DNA from: Ranitomeya imitator
Lineage: Eukaryota
NCBI RefSeq assembly: GCF_032444005.1
Contig: NC_091288.1
Location: 210,366,001-210,430,000, forward strand
Length of the DNA stretch: 64,000 nucleotides
Direction of reading: 5' to 3'
Part shown: positions 1 to 11,917 of the stretch, piece by piece
Layout of the letters: every line of letters starts with the position of its first letter
How positions within the stretch are numbered: position 1 is the first letter of the stretch
Notes under the pieces: model-generated
The model's input: only the letters and a program-made list of their open reading frames with translations
What the model was told of the DNA's origin: nothing
Database searches by the model: none
Made by a program: the position numbers and the translations under genes

Positions 1-1728
1 TATAATACTGCCCCTATGTACAAGAATATAACTACTATAATACTGCCCCTATGTACAAGAATATAACTACTATAATACTGCCCCTATGTACAAGAATATA
101 ACTACTATAATACTGCCCTCTACGTACAAGAATATAACTACTATAATACTGCCCCTATGTACAAGAATATAACTACTATAATACTGCCCCTATGTACAAG
201 AATATAACTACTATAATACTGCCCCTATGTACAAGAATATAACTACTATAATACTGCCCCTATGTACAAGAATATAACTACTATAATACTGCCCTCTACG
301 TACAAGAATATAGCTACTATAATACTGCCCCTATGTACAAGACTATAACTACTATAATACTGCCCCCTATGTACAAGAATATAACTACTATAATACTGCC
401 CCTATGTACAAGAATATAACTACTATAATACTGCCCCTATGTACAAGAATATAACTACTATAATACTGCCCCTATGTACAAGAATATAACTACTATAATA
501 CTGCCCCTATGTACAGGAATATAACTACTATAATACTGCCCCTATGTACAAGAATATAACTACTATAATACTGCCTCCTATGTACAGGAATATAACTACT
601 ATAATACTGCTCCTATGTACAAGAATATAACTACTATAATACTGCTCCTATGTACAATATAACTACTATAATACTGCCCCTATGTACAGGAATATAACTA
701 CTATAATACTGCCCCTATGTACAAGAATATAACTACTATAATACTGCCCCTATGTACAGGAATATAACTACTATAATACCGCCCCTATGTACAAGAATAT
801 AACTACTATAATACTGCCTCCTATGTACAAGAATATAACTACTATAATACTGCCCCTATGTACAAGAATATAACTACTATAATACTGCTCCTATGTACAA
901 GAATATAACTACTATAATACTGCCCCTATGTACAAGAATATAACTACTATAATACTGCCCCTATGTACAAGAATATAACTACTATAATACCGCCCCTATG
1001 TACAAGAATATAACTACTATAATACTGCCCCTATGTACAAGAATATAACTACTATAATACTGCCCCTATGTACAAGAATATAACTACTATAATACTGCCC
1101 CTATGTACAGGAATATAACTACTATAATACCGCCCCTATGTACAAGAATATAACTACTATAATACTGCCTCCTATGTACAAGAATATAACTACTATAATA
1201 CTGCCCCTATGTACAAGAATATAACTACTATAATACTGCTCCTATGTACAAGAATATAACTACTATAATACCGCCCCTATGTACAAGAATATAACTACTA
1301 TAATACCGCCCCTATGTACAAGAATATAACTACTATAATACCGCCCCTATGCACAAGAATATAACTACTATAATACTGCTCCTATGTACAAGAATATAAG
1401 AGCAGTATTATAGTAGTTATATTCTTGTACATAGGGGCAGTATTATAGTAGTTATATTCTTGTACATAGGAGCAGTATTATAGTAGTTATATTCTTGTAC
1501 ATAGGAGCAGTATTATAGTAGTTATATTCCTGTACATAGGAGCAGTATTATAGTAGTTTTATTCTTGTACATAGGGGGCAGTATTATAGTAGTTATATTC
1601 TTGTACATAGGGGGCAGTATTATAGTAGTTATATTCTTGTAAATAGGAGCAGTATTATAGTAGTTATATTCTTGTACATAGGAGCAGTATTATAGTAGTT
1701 ATATTCTTGTACATAGGGGCAGTATTAT
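1..1728. repeat. 35-bp minisatellite (tataatactgcccctatgtacaagaatataactac), inverting orientation at ~1399
   Basis: About 40 forward units to ~1398, then ~9 reverse-complement units to ~1728. The array continues beyond the left edge of the window. Confidence 0.97.
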
Positions 1729-1950
1729 ACTGGATTTATTGAACTTTGGTTTTATAATCATGTCCAGCCTCGGTTGGTACACCTGTATGTGGCTGTGGAG
1801 CACATATGAAGGTGATGCTGCTGTATACACACAGCTGTGGTGGTTCCCGCAGGGTGCAGGTTAGAGTTATCTGGTCTTTGACTAGTGGAGTCATTATTAT
1901 GATGACATATCAACAAACACACTTTATTAGGATTTTGCATGATTTATTAA

Positions 1951-4306
1951 CCCCTTTACCCCCCAAGAGTGGTTTGCACATTAATGACCGGGCCAATTTT
2001 TATATTTCTGACCACTGTCCCTTTAGGAGGTTATAACCCTGGAACGCTTCAATGGATCCCATATATTTTGACATTGTTTTCTCGTGACATATTGTACTTC
2101 ATCTTAGTGGTAAAATTTTTTTGATATTACCTGCGTTTATTTGTGAAAAAAAACGGAAATTTGGCGAAAATTGCAAAATCTTCCAACTTTGAATTTTTAT
2201 GCCCTTAAATCACAGAGATATGTCACACAAAATACTTAATAAGTAACATTTCCCACATGTCTACTTTACATCAGCATAATTTCAGAACCAAATTTTTTTT
2301 TTTTTTGTTAGGGAGGTGTATGGGTTAAGGGTATGTGCAAACGTTTTCTGGAGGACTGCGGATTTTTTGCGGTTTCTACTGCGGATTCCGCTGCGGCTTT
2401 ACATCTGCAGTTTTCTATTGGAGCAGGTGTAAAACCGCAGCGGAATCCGCACAAAGAATTGACATGCTGCAGAATGTAAACCGCTGCGTCTCCGCGCGGT
2501 TTTTTACGCAGCATGTGCACTGCGGATTTCGTTTCCCATAGGTTAACATGGTACTGTAAACTCATGGGAAACCGCTGCGGATCCGCAGCAAAATCCGCAT
2601 CGTGTGCACATACCCTAAAAGTTGATCAGCAATTTCTCATTTTTACAACACCATTTTTTTTTTTTAGGGACCACATCACATTTGAAGTCATTTTGAGGGG
2701 TCTATATGATAGAAAATACCCAAGTGTGACACCATTCTAAAAACTGTACCCCTCAAGGTGCTTATAACCACATTCAAGAAGTTTATTAACCCTTCAGGTG
2801 TTTCACAAGAATTTTTCGAATGTTTAAAGAAAAAAAAAAAAATGAACATCTAACTTTTTTCACAAAAAATTTATCTTAGCTCCAATCTGTTTTATTTTAC
2901 CAAGGGTAACAGGAGAAATTGGACCCCAAAAGTTGTTGTGCAATTTGTCCTGAGTACGCTGATACCCCATATGTGGGGGTAAACCACTGTTTGGGCGCAC
3001 GGGAGAGCTCGGAAGGGAAGGAGCGCCGTTTGACTTTCCAATGCAAAATTGACTGTAATTGAGATGAGACGCCATGTTGCGTTTGGAGAGCCCCTGATGT
3101 CCCTACACATTCAAACCCCCCACAAGTGACACCATTTTGGAAAGTAGACCCCCTAAGGAACTTATCTAGATGTGCGGTGAGCACTTTGAACCCCCAACTG
3201 TTTCACTATAGTTTATAACGCAGAGCCGCGAAAATAAAAAAAAATTTTTTCCACAAAAATTATTTTTTAGCCCCCAGTTTTGAATTTTCCCTAGGGTAAC
3301 AGGAGAAATTGTACCCCAAAAGTTGTTGTCCAATTTGTCCTGAGTACACAAATACCCCATATGTTGGGGTAAACCCCTGTTTTGGCGCACAGCAGAGCTC
3401 GGAGGGAAGGAGCAGTGTTTTACTTTTTCAACGCAGAATTGGCTGGAATTGAGATCGGACGCCATGTCGTGTTTGGAGAGACCCTGATGTGCCGAAACAG
3501 TGGAAACCCCCCAATTATAACTGAAACGCTAATCCAAACACACCCCTAACCCTAATCCCAACAGTAACCCTAACCACACCTCTAACCCAGACACACCCCT
3601 AACCCTAAACCAAACCCTAATCCCAAGCGTAAATGTAATCCAAACCCTACCTGTAGCCCCAACCCTAACGGGAAAATGGAAATAAATACATTTTTTAAAT
3701 GTTATTATTTTTCCCTAACTAAGGGGGTGATGAAGGGGGGTTTGATTTACTTTTATAGCGGGTTTTTTAGCGGATTTTTATGATTGGCAGCCGTCACACA
3801 CTGAAAGACGCTTTTTATTGCAAAAAAATATTTTTTGCGTTACCACATTTTGAGAGCTATAATTTTTCCATATTTTGGTCCACAGAGTCATGTGAGGTCT
3901 TGTTTTTTGCGGGACGAGTTGACGTTTTTATTGGTACCATTTTCAGGCACGTGACATTTTTTGATCGCTTTTTATTCCGATTTTTGTGAGGCAGAATGAC
4001 CAAAAAACATCAACTTATGTATTTCTTTTGGGGGGGGGGGGGGAGGTGTTTATACTGTTCCGCATTTGATAAAATGGATAAAGCAGTTTTATTCTTCGGG
4101 TCAGTACGATTACAGCGACACCTCATTTATATCATGCTTTTATGGTTTTGGCGCTTTTATACAATAAAATAGATTTTATATAAAAAATAATTATTTTTGC
4201 ATCGCTTTATTCTGAGGACTATAACGTTTTTATTTTTTCGATGAACATGCTGTATGGCGGCTCGATTTTTGCGGGACAAGATGACGTTTTCAGTGGTACC
4301 ATGGAT

Positions 4307-4366
<60 letters not shown>

Positions 4367-4869
4367 TTACTTCTTTACATTGCCCCAGGGGGGACATCAC
4401 ATTATAGTGACAGATCGCTGATCTGACACTTTGCAATGCACGGTGTCAGATCAGCGATCTGACAGGCAGGGCTGCAGGCTTACCAGCGCCTGCTCAGAGC
4501 CACCTCCCTGCAAGCCCCGGGAGGAGGAGGTAGGAGACCCTTGGAGCAACGCGATCACATCGGGTTGCTCCGAGGGTTTCAGGGAACCCTGCAGGGAGCC
4601 CCCTCCCTGCGCGATGCTTCCCTATGCTGCTGGAACGCTGCGATCATGTTTGATCACAGTGTTCCGGGGGTTAATGTGCCAGGAGCGGTCTGTGACCGCT
4701 TCTGGCACATAGTGCCGGATGTCAGCTGTGATAATCAGCTGACACCCGGCGGCGATCGGCCGCGCTCCCCCCGTGAGCGCGGCTGATAGTATATGATGTA
4801 ATATCCCGTCGAGGGTCAGATAGGCCCAGGTCACCTCGATGGGATAGTATGTCTAAGGTCAGAGAGGGG
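1951..4869 (+). mobile_element. piggyBac-type non-autonomous element, copy A (older, right end degenerate)
   Basis: TTAA|CCCCTTTACC start and AGAGAGGGG|TTAG end. Colinear with copies at 5428 and 46103. Contains internal tandem modules, a telomere-like tract, (AT)n at ~4310-4357 and a Harbinger MITE. No transposase ORF. Confidence 0.8.
2329..2615. mobile_element. PIF/Harbinger-type MITE nested in piggyBac-type copy A
   Basis: TIR gggtatgtgca(a/c)ac and TAA TSD at 2326-2328 and 2616-2618. The empty site gggtTAAaagttg is seen in copies B and C. Confidence 0.9.
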
Positions 4870-4939
4870 TTAGAGTCAGTGGATGTCAGAGTTCTAAGAT
4901 GTGCTCTCATGACAGAATAAGAGTAGTTGACTAGTGACA

Positions 4940-5395
4940 ATGCACAATAGGTGATGTCACAGCTCACCTCCTCCTCCTGTACAATTACTGATAACACCTC
5001 TATATACAGTGGATAACACAGGATCCCCCATTCACAATAGGTGATATCACAGCTCACCTCCTCCTCCTGTACAATGACTGATGACACCTCTATATACAGT
5101 AGATAACACAGGATCCCCCATTCACAATAGGTGATATCACAGCTCACCTCCTCCTCCTGTACAATGACTGATGACACCTCTATATACAGTAGATAATACA
5201 GGATCCACCATTCACAATAGGTGATGTCACAGCTCACCTCCTCCTCCTGTACAATGGCTGATAACACCTCTATATACAGTAGATAACACAGGATCCCCCA
5301 TTCACAATAGGTGATGTCACAGCTCACCTCCTCCTCCTGTACAATGACTGATGACACCTCTATATACAGTAGATAATACAGGATCCACCATTCAC
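4940..5395. repeat. 90-bp minisatellite, ~5 copies
   Basis: gtgatgtcacagctcacctcctcctcctgtacaatgactgatgacacctctatatacagtagataacacaggatcccccattcacaatag recurs at 4951, 5041, 5131, 5221 and 5311. Confidence 0.95.
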
Positions 5396-5427
5396 TACAG
5401 TATATGAGTCTAGTATTAGACTGTTAA

Positions 5428-8400
5428 CCCCTTTACCCCTAAGGGTGGTTTGCATGTTAATGACCGGGCCAATTTTTACAATTCTGACCACTGTCCCTTT
5501 ATGAGGTTGTAACTCTGGAACGCTTCAACGGATCCCAGTGATTCTGACATTGTTTTCTCGTGACATATTCTACTTCATGACAATGGTAAAAATTCTTTGA
5601 TAGTACCTGGGTTTATTTGTGAAAAAAACGGAAATTTGGCTAAAATTATGAAAATTTCGCAATTTTCCAACTTTGAATTTTTATGCAATTAAATCACAGA
5701 GATAGGTCACACAAAATACTTAATAAGTAACATTTCCCCACATGTCTACTTTACATCAGCACAATTTTGGAACCAAAATTTGTTTTTGTTAGGGAGTTAT
5801 AAGGGTTAAAAGTTGACCAGCAATTTTTCATTTCTACAACACCATTTTTTTTTTTTTTTTTAGGGACCACATCTCATTTGAAGTCATTTTGAGGGGTCTA
5901 TATGCTAGAAAATACCCAAGTGTGACACCATTCTAAAAACTGCACCCCTCAAGGTGCTCAAAACCACATTCAAGAAGTTTATTAACCCTTCTGGTGCTTC
6001 ACAGGAATTTATTGAATGTTTAAATAAAAATGAACATTTAACTTTTTTTCACAAAAAATTTAATTCAGCTCCAATTTGTTTTATTTTACCAAGGGTAACA
6101 GGAGAAAATGGACCCCAAACATTGTTGTACAATTTGTCCTGAGTACGCCAATACCCCACATGTGGGGGTAAACCACTGTTTGGGCGCATGGCAGAGCTCG
6201 GAAGGGAAGGAGTGCCATTTGACTTTTCAATGCAAAATTGACTGGAATTGAGATGGGACGCCATGTTTCGTTTGGAGAGCCCCTGATGTGCCTAAACATT
6301 GAAACCCCCCACAAGTGACACCATTTTGGAAAGTAGACCCCCTAAGGAACTTATCTAGAGGTGTGGTGAGCACTTTGACCCACCAAGTGCTTCACAGAAG
6401 TTTATAATGTAGAACCGTAAAAATAAAAAATCATATTTTTTTACAAAAATTATCTTTTCGCCCCCAATTTTTTATTTTTCCAAGGGTAAGAAGAAATTGG
6501 ACCCCAAAATTTGTTGTCCAATTTGTCCTGAGTGCGCTGATACCCCATATGTGGGGGGAAACCACTGTTTGGGCGCATGAGAGAGCTCGGAAAGCTCGGA
6601 AAGGAAGGAACGCCGTTTGACTTTTCAATGCAAAATTAACAGGAATTGAGATGAGACGCCATGTTGCGTTTGCAGAGCCCCTAATGTACCTAAATAGTAG
6701 AAACCCCTCACAAGTGACACCATTTTGGAAAGTAGACCCCCTAAGGAACTTATCTAGATGTGTGGTGAGCGCTTTGACCCACCAAGGGCTTCACAGAAGT
6801 TTATAATGGAGAGCCGTAAAAATAAAACAAAAATTTTTTCCCACAAAAATTATTTTTTAGCCCCCAGTTTTTTATTTTCCCGAGGGTAAAAGGAGAAATT
6901 GGACCCCAAAATTTGTTGTCCAATTTGTCCTGAGTGCGATGATACCCCATATGTGGGGGGGAACCACTGTTTGGGCGCATGGGAGGGCTCGGAAGGGAAG
7001 GAGCTCTATTTGGAATGCAGACTTAGATGGAATGGTCTGCAGGCGTCACATTGCGTTTGCAGAACCCCTAATGTACCTAAACAGTAGAAACCCCCCACAA
7101 GTGACCCCATATTGGAAACTAGACCCCCCAGGGAACTTATCTAGATGTGTTGTGAGAACTTTGAACCCCCAAGTGTTTCACTACAGTTTACAACGCAGAG
7201 CCGTAAAAATAAAAAATCTTTTTTTCCCCCACAAAAATTATTTTTTAGCCCCCAGTTTTGTATTTTTCCAAGGGTAACAGGAGAACTTGGACCCCAACAG
7301 TTGTTTTCCTATTTGTCCTGAGTACGCTGATACCCCATATGTTGGGGTAAACCCCTGTTTGGGCACACGGGAGAGCTCGGAAGGGAAGAAGCACTGTTCT
7401 ACTTTTTCAACGCAGAATTGGCTGGAATTGAGATCGGACGCCATGTCGCTTTTGGAGAGCCCCTGATGTGCCTAAACAGTGGAAACCCCACAATTATAAC
7501 TGAAACCCTAATCCAAACACACCCCTAACCCTAATCCCAACAGTAACCCTAACCACACCTCTAACCCAGACACACCGCTAACCCTAATCCCAACCCTATT
7601 CCCAACCGTAAATGTAATCTAAACCCTAACTGTAACTTTAGCCCCAACCCAAACTGTAGCCCTAGCCCTAACCCTAGCCCTAACCCTAGCCCTAGCCCTA
7701 ATGGGAAAATGGAAATAAATACATTTTTTTAATTTTTCCCTAAGGGGGTGATGAAGGGGGGTTTGATTTACTTTTATAGCGGGTTTTTTAGCGGAGTTTT
7801 ATGATTGGCAGCCGTCACACACTGAAAGACGCTTTTTATTGCAAAAAATATTTTTTGCGTTACCACATTTTGAGAGCTATAATTTTTCCATATTTTGGTC
7901 CACAGAGTCATGTGAGGTCTTGTTTTTTGCGGGCCGAGTTGACGTTTTTATTGGTAACATTTTCGGGCACGTGACATTTTTTGATCGCTTTTTATTCCGA
8001 TTTTTGGGAGGCAGAATGACCAAAAACCAGCTATTCATGAATTTCTTTTGGGGGAGGCGTTTATATCGTTCCGCATTTGGTAAAATTGATAAATCAGTTT
8101 TATTCTTCGGGTCAGTACGATTACAGCGACACCTCATTTATATCATTTTTTTATGTTTTGGCGCTTTTATACGATAAAAACTATTTTATAGAAAAAATAA
8201 TTATTTTTGCATCGCTTTATTCTCAGGACTATAACTTTTTATTTTTTTGCTGATGATGCTGTATGGCGGCTCGTTTTTTTGCGGGATAAGATGACGCTTT
8301 CAGCGGTACCATGGTTATTTATCTCTGTCCTTTTGATCGCGTGTTATTCCACTTTTTGTTCGGCGGTATGATAATAAAGCGTTGTTTTTTTGCCTCTTTT

Positions 8401-8570
8401 TCTTACGGTGTTTACTGAAGGGGTTAACTAGTGGGCCAGTTTTATAGTTCGGGTCGTTACAGACGCGGCGATACTAAATATGTGTACTTTTATTGTTTTT
8501 TATTTATTTAGATAAAGAAATGTATTTATGGGAATAATATATATATATTTTTTTTTTTCATTATTTAGGA

Positions 8571-8618
<48 letters not shown>

Positions 8619-9171
8619 TGGAAAAATTTTTTTTTACTTTTTTACTTTGTCCCAGGGGGGGGGGACATCACAGATCAGTGATCTGACAGTTTGCACAGCA
8701 CTCTGTCAGATCACCGATCTGACATGCAGCGCTGCAGCCTTCACAGTGCCTGCTCTGAGCAGGCTCTGTGAAGCCACCTCCCTCCCTGCAGGATCCGGAT
8801 GCCGCGGCCATCTTGGATCCGGGCCTGGAGCAAGCAGGGAGGGAGGTAAGACCCTCGCAGCAACGCGATCACATAGTGTTGCTGCGGGGGGCTCAGGGAA
8901 GCCCACAGGGAGCCCCCTCCCTGCGCGATGCTTCCCTGCACCGCCGGCACATCGCGATCATCTTTGATCGCGGTGTGCCAGGGGTTAATGTGCCGGGGGC
9001 GGTCCGTGACCGCTCCTGGCACAGTGCCGGATGTCAGCTGCGACAGGCAGCTGACACCCGGCCGCGCTCCCTCCGTGAGCGCCGCCGATCGCGCTGGACG
9101 TACTATCCCGTCCGTGGTCATAGGGGCCCACCCCACCTCGACGGGATAGTACATCCGATGTCAGAAAGGGG
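5428..9171 (+). mobile_element. piggyBac-type non-autonomous element, copy B
   Basis: TTAA at 5424-5427 and 9172-9175, with CCCCTTT...AAAGGGG ends. Contains internal repeated modules and a CCCTAA-like tract at ~7505-7700. Confidence 0.88.
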
Positions 9172-9366
9172 TTAATAGTGTGAAAATTGCAACATTTTTA
9201 ATTTTTTCCGTGTGGCCCTTCTCTCAGAGTACTCCTGGTGTCGGACCCCATGCCATTTTCCAGCTGCTGCTTTGGCTTCTTTTGGCCTTTTGACCGCTGA
9301 ACTTTGTAGGTGGCACATCATCACCACGCCATCTTCTTGATGTAGCACCGCCAACATTGAATTTTA

Positions 9367-9969
9367 CCTATAGAAAAATATTTGCCATAGGAACCAAAAA
9401 TTAGCTGCATATGTGCAAAAAAATTAGAAGTGAGAAATTAAATTAAAATTAATATATTTTATTTATACATGAATTAAAAAATGACGAAAAAAAAAAAAAA
9501 AAAACAGGAAAAAGTGCTAGGAAAAAGGGGAGTCTGGAATTACTCAATGCATATATGATTAGCAGCGAGGATATCAGTTTATATTCTATTAATAATAGCT
9601 AACCATCAAATAACACTTGGTGATATTAATTTAAAGTGCTTGGGCTTAAATAGAAAAATATCAAAGTTCTTTAAAACTTAATATCAGAGATATCTTATCA
9701 CCGATGGCAGCTAAAATGAGGCATATTCACCTAAAAAACAAAATAAATAGCGCCCATTGTACCTCGCTGCTAATCATATGCATTGAGTTATTCCAGCCTC
9801 CCCTTTTTCCCCCCCTTGTACCCATTCCTGATTTTTTAATATATGTCATAATTTTTTTAAATTCATGTATAAATAAAATATATTAATTTTAATTTAAATT
9901 CGTCACTTCTAAATTTTTTGCTCCTACGCAGCTAATTTTTGGTTTCTATGGCAAATGTTTTCCTATATG
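9367..9969. mobile_element. TA-flanked fold-back MITE (Tc1/mariner type)
   Basis: TA at 9365-9366 and 9970-9971. Imperfect inverted arms of ~210 bp (atttgccataggaaccaaaaattagctgc / gcagctaatttttggtttctatggcaaat). Confidence 0.75.
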
Positions 9970-10064
9970 TATCCAAGATAGCATGGAAGTGCTACTCATC
10001 AGTATGAGTGAGTGTTGATTGTTGACAGCTAATTATCATCTACTAATTGAATTTTACCTGCATT

Positions 10065-10450
10065 TTAAAAGGGGTTATTCCCATCTTCATAGATGGATGT
10101 TGTTGGATAATACATGTGAAAACAAGCACTTTTGGAATTCACTGGGTTTTTTTTTTTTTTTTTTTTAAACTTTGCAGTCGTTCTTGAGATATTAACACTT
10201 TTCCTTTGTTTCCAACTTGTTACCTCGGAGACCGACCACCGCTGTGGTCTAGCTGAAGCTGTTCCGGATTGGCAGGTAACAGCGCTCTCCAGCGATCCTG
10301 ATCAGGTTTAAAATAGCGCTGACAAGCTCAATAGGAAAGAGCTTGTAAGTGCTGTTCGCATGTCTCATGGAAAAATGTGCTGTAGCCACGGATCGGTAGT
10401 TTTGATCTGTGCATGGTCGGGTTCTGAAGCCGCGTGTAATGCCCACAGCT
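10065..10450. mobile_element. Truncated Kolobok/T2-type MITE
   Basis: ttaaaaggggttattcccatc start and internal similarity to 53400-53843. The right end is not recognisable, so the boundary is approximate. Confidence 0.55.
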
Positions 10451-10719
10451 TGTCCTTGAAGAGCGATGCGCGGACATACAGACTTTCTAAAGTTAGTTTA
10501 GATTTTTTTTTTTTTTAAGTTTAGTTATCCTGAAATGTATACAAAAAAAGTGTAAAAATATATTGTAGTCTGCACTGCCCCCTGCTGGATGAATTCGAGT
10601 ATAGCAGCACACAGATTGGCATCGCACTAATTGAAACATCCCTAAGAGCTGATTTAGTTGCTATGGGGTACTCATCCACTTTTCCTTATAATAGTTTTGA
10701 TAATGTGACTGATACTGTT

Positions 10720-10960
10720 GGTTGTCAGGGGAACTGTCTTTGCCCTGAGTTGTCATGGTAACCACATTTCCTGGGATATGGGTTGTCAGAGGTACGGCTT
10801 TGGTTCAGACACAGGTTGTCAGCATTAGCGCCTGTCAAGAGGCATAGGTTGTCAGGGTAGCTGCCTTGGCCCTGGGAACAGGTTGTCAGGGCTACCGCCT
10901 CAATCCTTGGACAAAGGTTGTCATGGTTATATCCCTTATTCTGGGATACAGGTTGTCAGG
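10720..10960. repeat. Phased GGTTGTCA(G/T)G motif array with diverged spacers, 8 units
   Basis: Motif starts at 10720, 10748, 10781, 10814, 10847, 10881, 10916 and 10951. Confidence 0.8.
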
Positions 10961-11266
10961 GTTGTGGAAACACCGGGGGTGTCGGCAGGCATGGACCAGG
11001 GATCGTCCCGCCAAACGCCTGCTCTCCGTTTAAAGTGGGCATAACGCTACTCAAAGAGAAAAAGAGTTTGTAGCCAGCTCACCGGTAAATCACCGCAGGT
11101 GCACGGAACTCCGCTGCAGGAAGACGATCCAATCATCAGAGAAAAGAAAAAAAAAGTTGAGTTCCAGCTCCTTAAAACATGACGTTTATTGTATCCAAAT
11201 AAAAAATCCAAATGTCCATGGTGTGCAACCTCCCACCGGTAAGTGCCTGGGATGACAGAGATAAAC

Positions 11267-11304
11267 GGCTACGCGTTTCGATCGGAGTGATCTTTATCAA
11301 AGCC
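11267..11304 (-). ncRNA. Minimal type-I hammerhead ribozyme-like motif (Penelope/retrozyme type)
   Basis: The minus strand reads GGCU UUGAUAA A GAUC acucc GAUC GAAA CGCG UA GCC. This gives the core U3-U4-G5-A6-U7-A8-A9, a 4-bp stem II, GAAA, a palindromic ACGCGU stem III and a GUA cleavage triplet. AATAAA follows downstream (plus-strand TTTATT at 11185-11190). Confidence 0.5.
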
Positions 11305-11346
11305 ACTCTACTACTACTCAGACAACACAAGGTGAGGGTAGAACGA

Positions 11347-11917
11347 TGTGTCAATGCTTTATTGAACCACAAAATAGACAACACGTAGAGCAGTCGCAGC
11401 ACAGTACCCAAAGATGGTGCACATTACAGAGTCTCACCCTTCCGCTGACTCGCCGGGATAAGAGCAGCTGTGACTTCAGAGCTTCCAGGGTCGACTACCC
11501 CACCTGTGGCCCGCACACAGAGAGGAGGTAACAAGCTTAGGAAGATGACAGTCCATTCAGGTACAAGGCCAGTTGTCCTGATGGTCACAACCTGGCTTCT
11601 CCAAACATCTTCACGGAGCCAGGTGACCGTCGGGTCCCAATCCTGGCTTTCTCTAAACGTATCCATGGTTTAGAGATGGTCAATGGAGCAGATCTGCATC
11701 CTTCCAACCAGGACTGAGGTCCCCTAGGTTGTTTCCTGTAGAATGGTAGATCTGTGTCCCTCGTGATGGGGCCATGATATATTGGCAGCAGTCCTGCAGA
11801 GTCCCCTGGATGTTTTGGCTGCCTCTCACTCTCTGTCTCAGAGGCACATTACCTCTTTTTATGTTTAAACAAGTGTCCTTCAGTCCAGCATCAGAGATAA
11901 GGAGAAGAATGGGGACA
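11347..11917 (-). mobile_element. Possible solo LTR
   Basis: TGT...ACA ends and imperfect 4-bp flanks (acga/acca). On the minus strand AATAAA lies ~10 nt before the terminal CA. Confidence 0.3.

Noticed and set aside
1769-1859. Possible exon of a neighbouring gene next to the 35-bp array
   Set aside because: It has plausible AG/GT ends, but no reading frame resembles a protein I can recognise.
2860-9154. Many 60-137-aa ORFs repeated again at 46.6-49.8 kb
   Set aside because: They recur only because they lie in copies of the non-coding piggyBac-type element. No transposase motifs are present.
10720-10960. Interpretation as a CRISPR array
   Set aside because: The context is vertebrate, the conserved core is only ~10 bp and imperfect, and there are no cas genes or leader. 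Kept only as a phased motif array.
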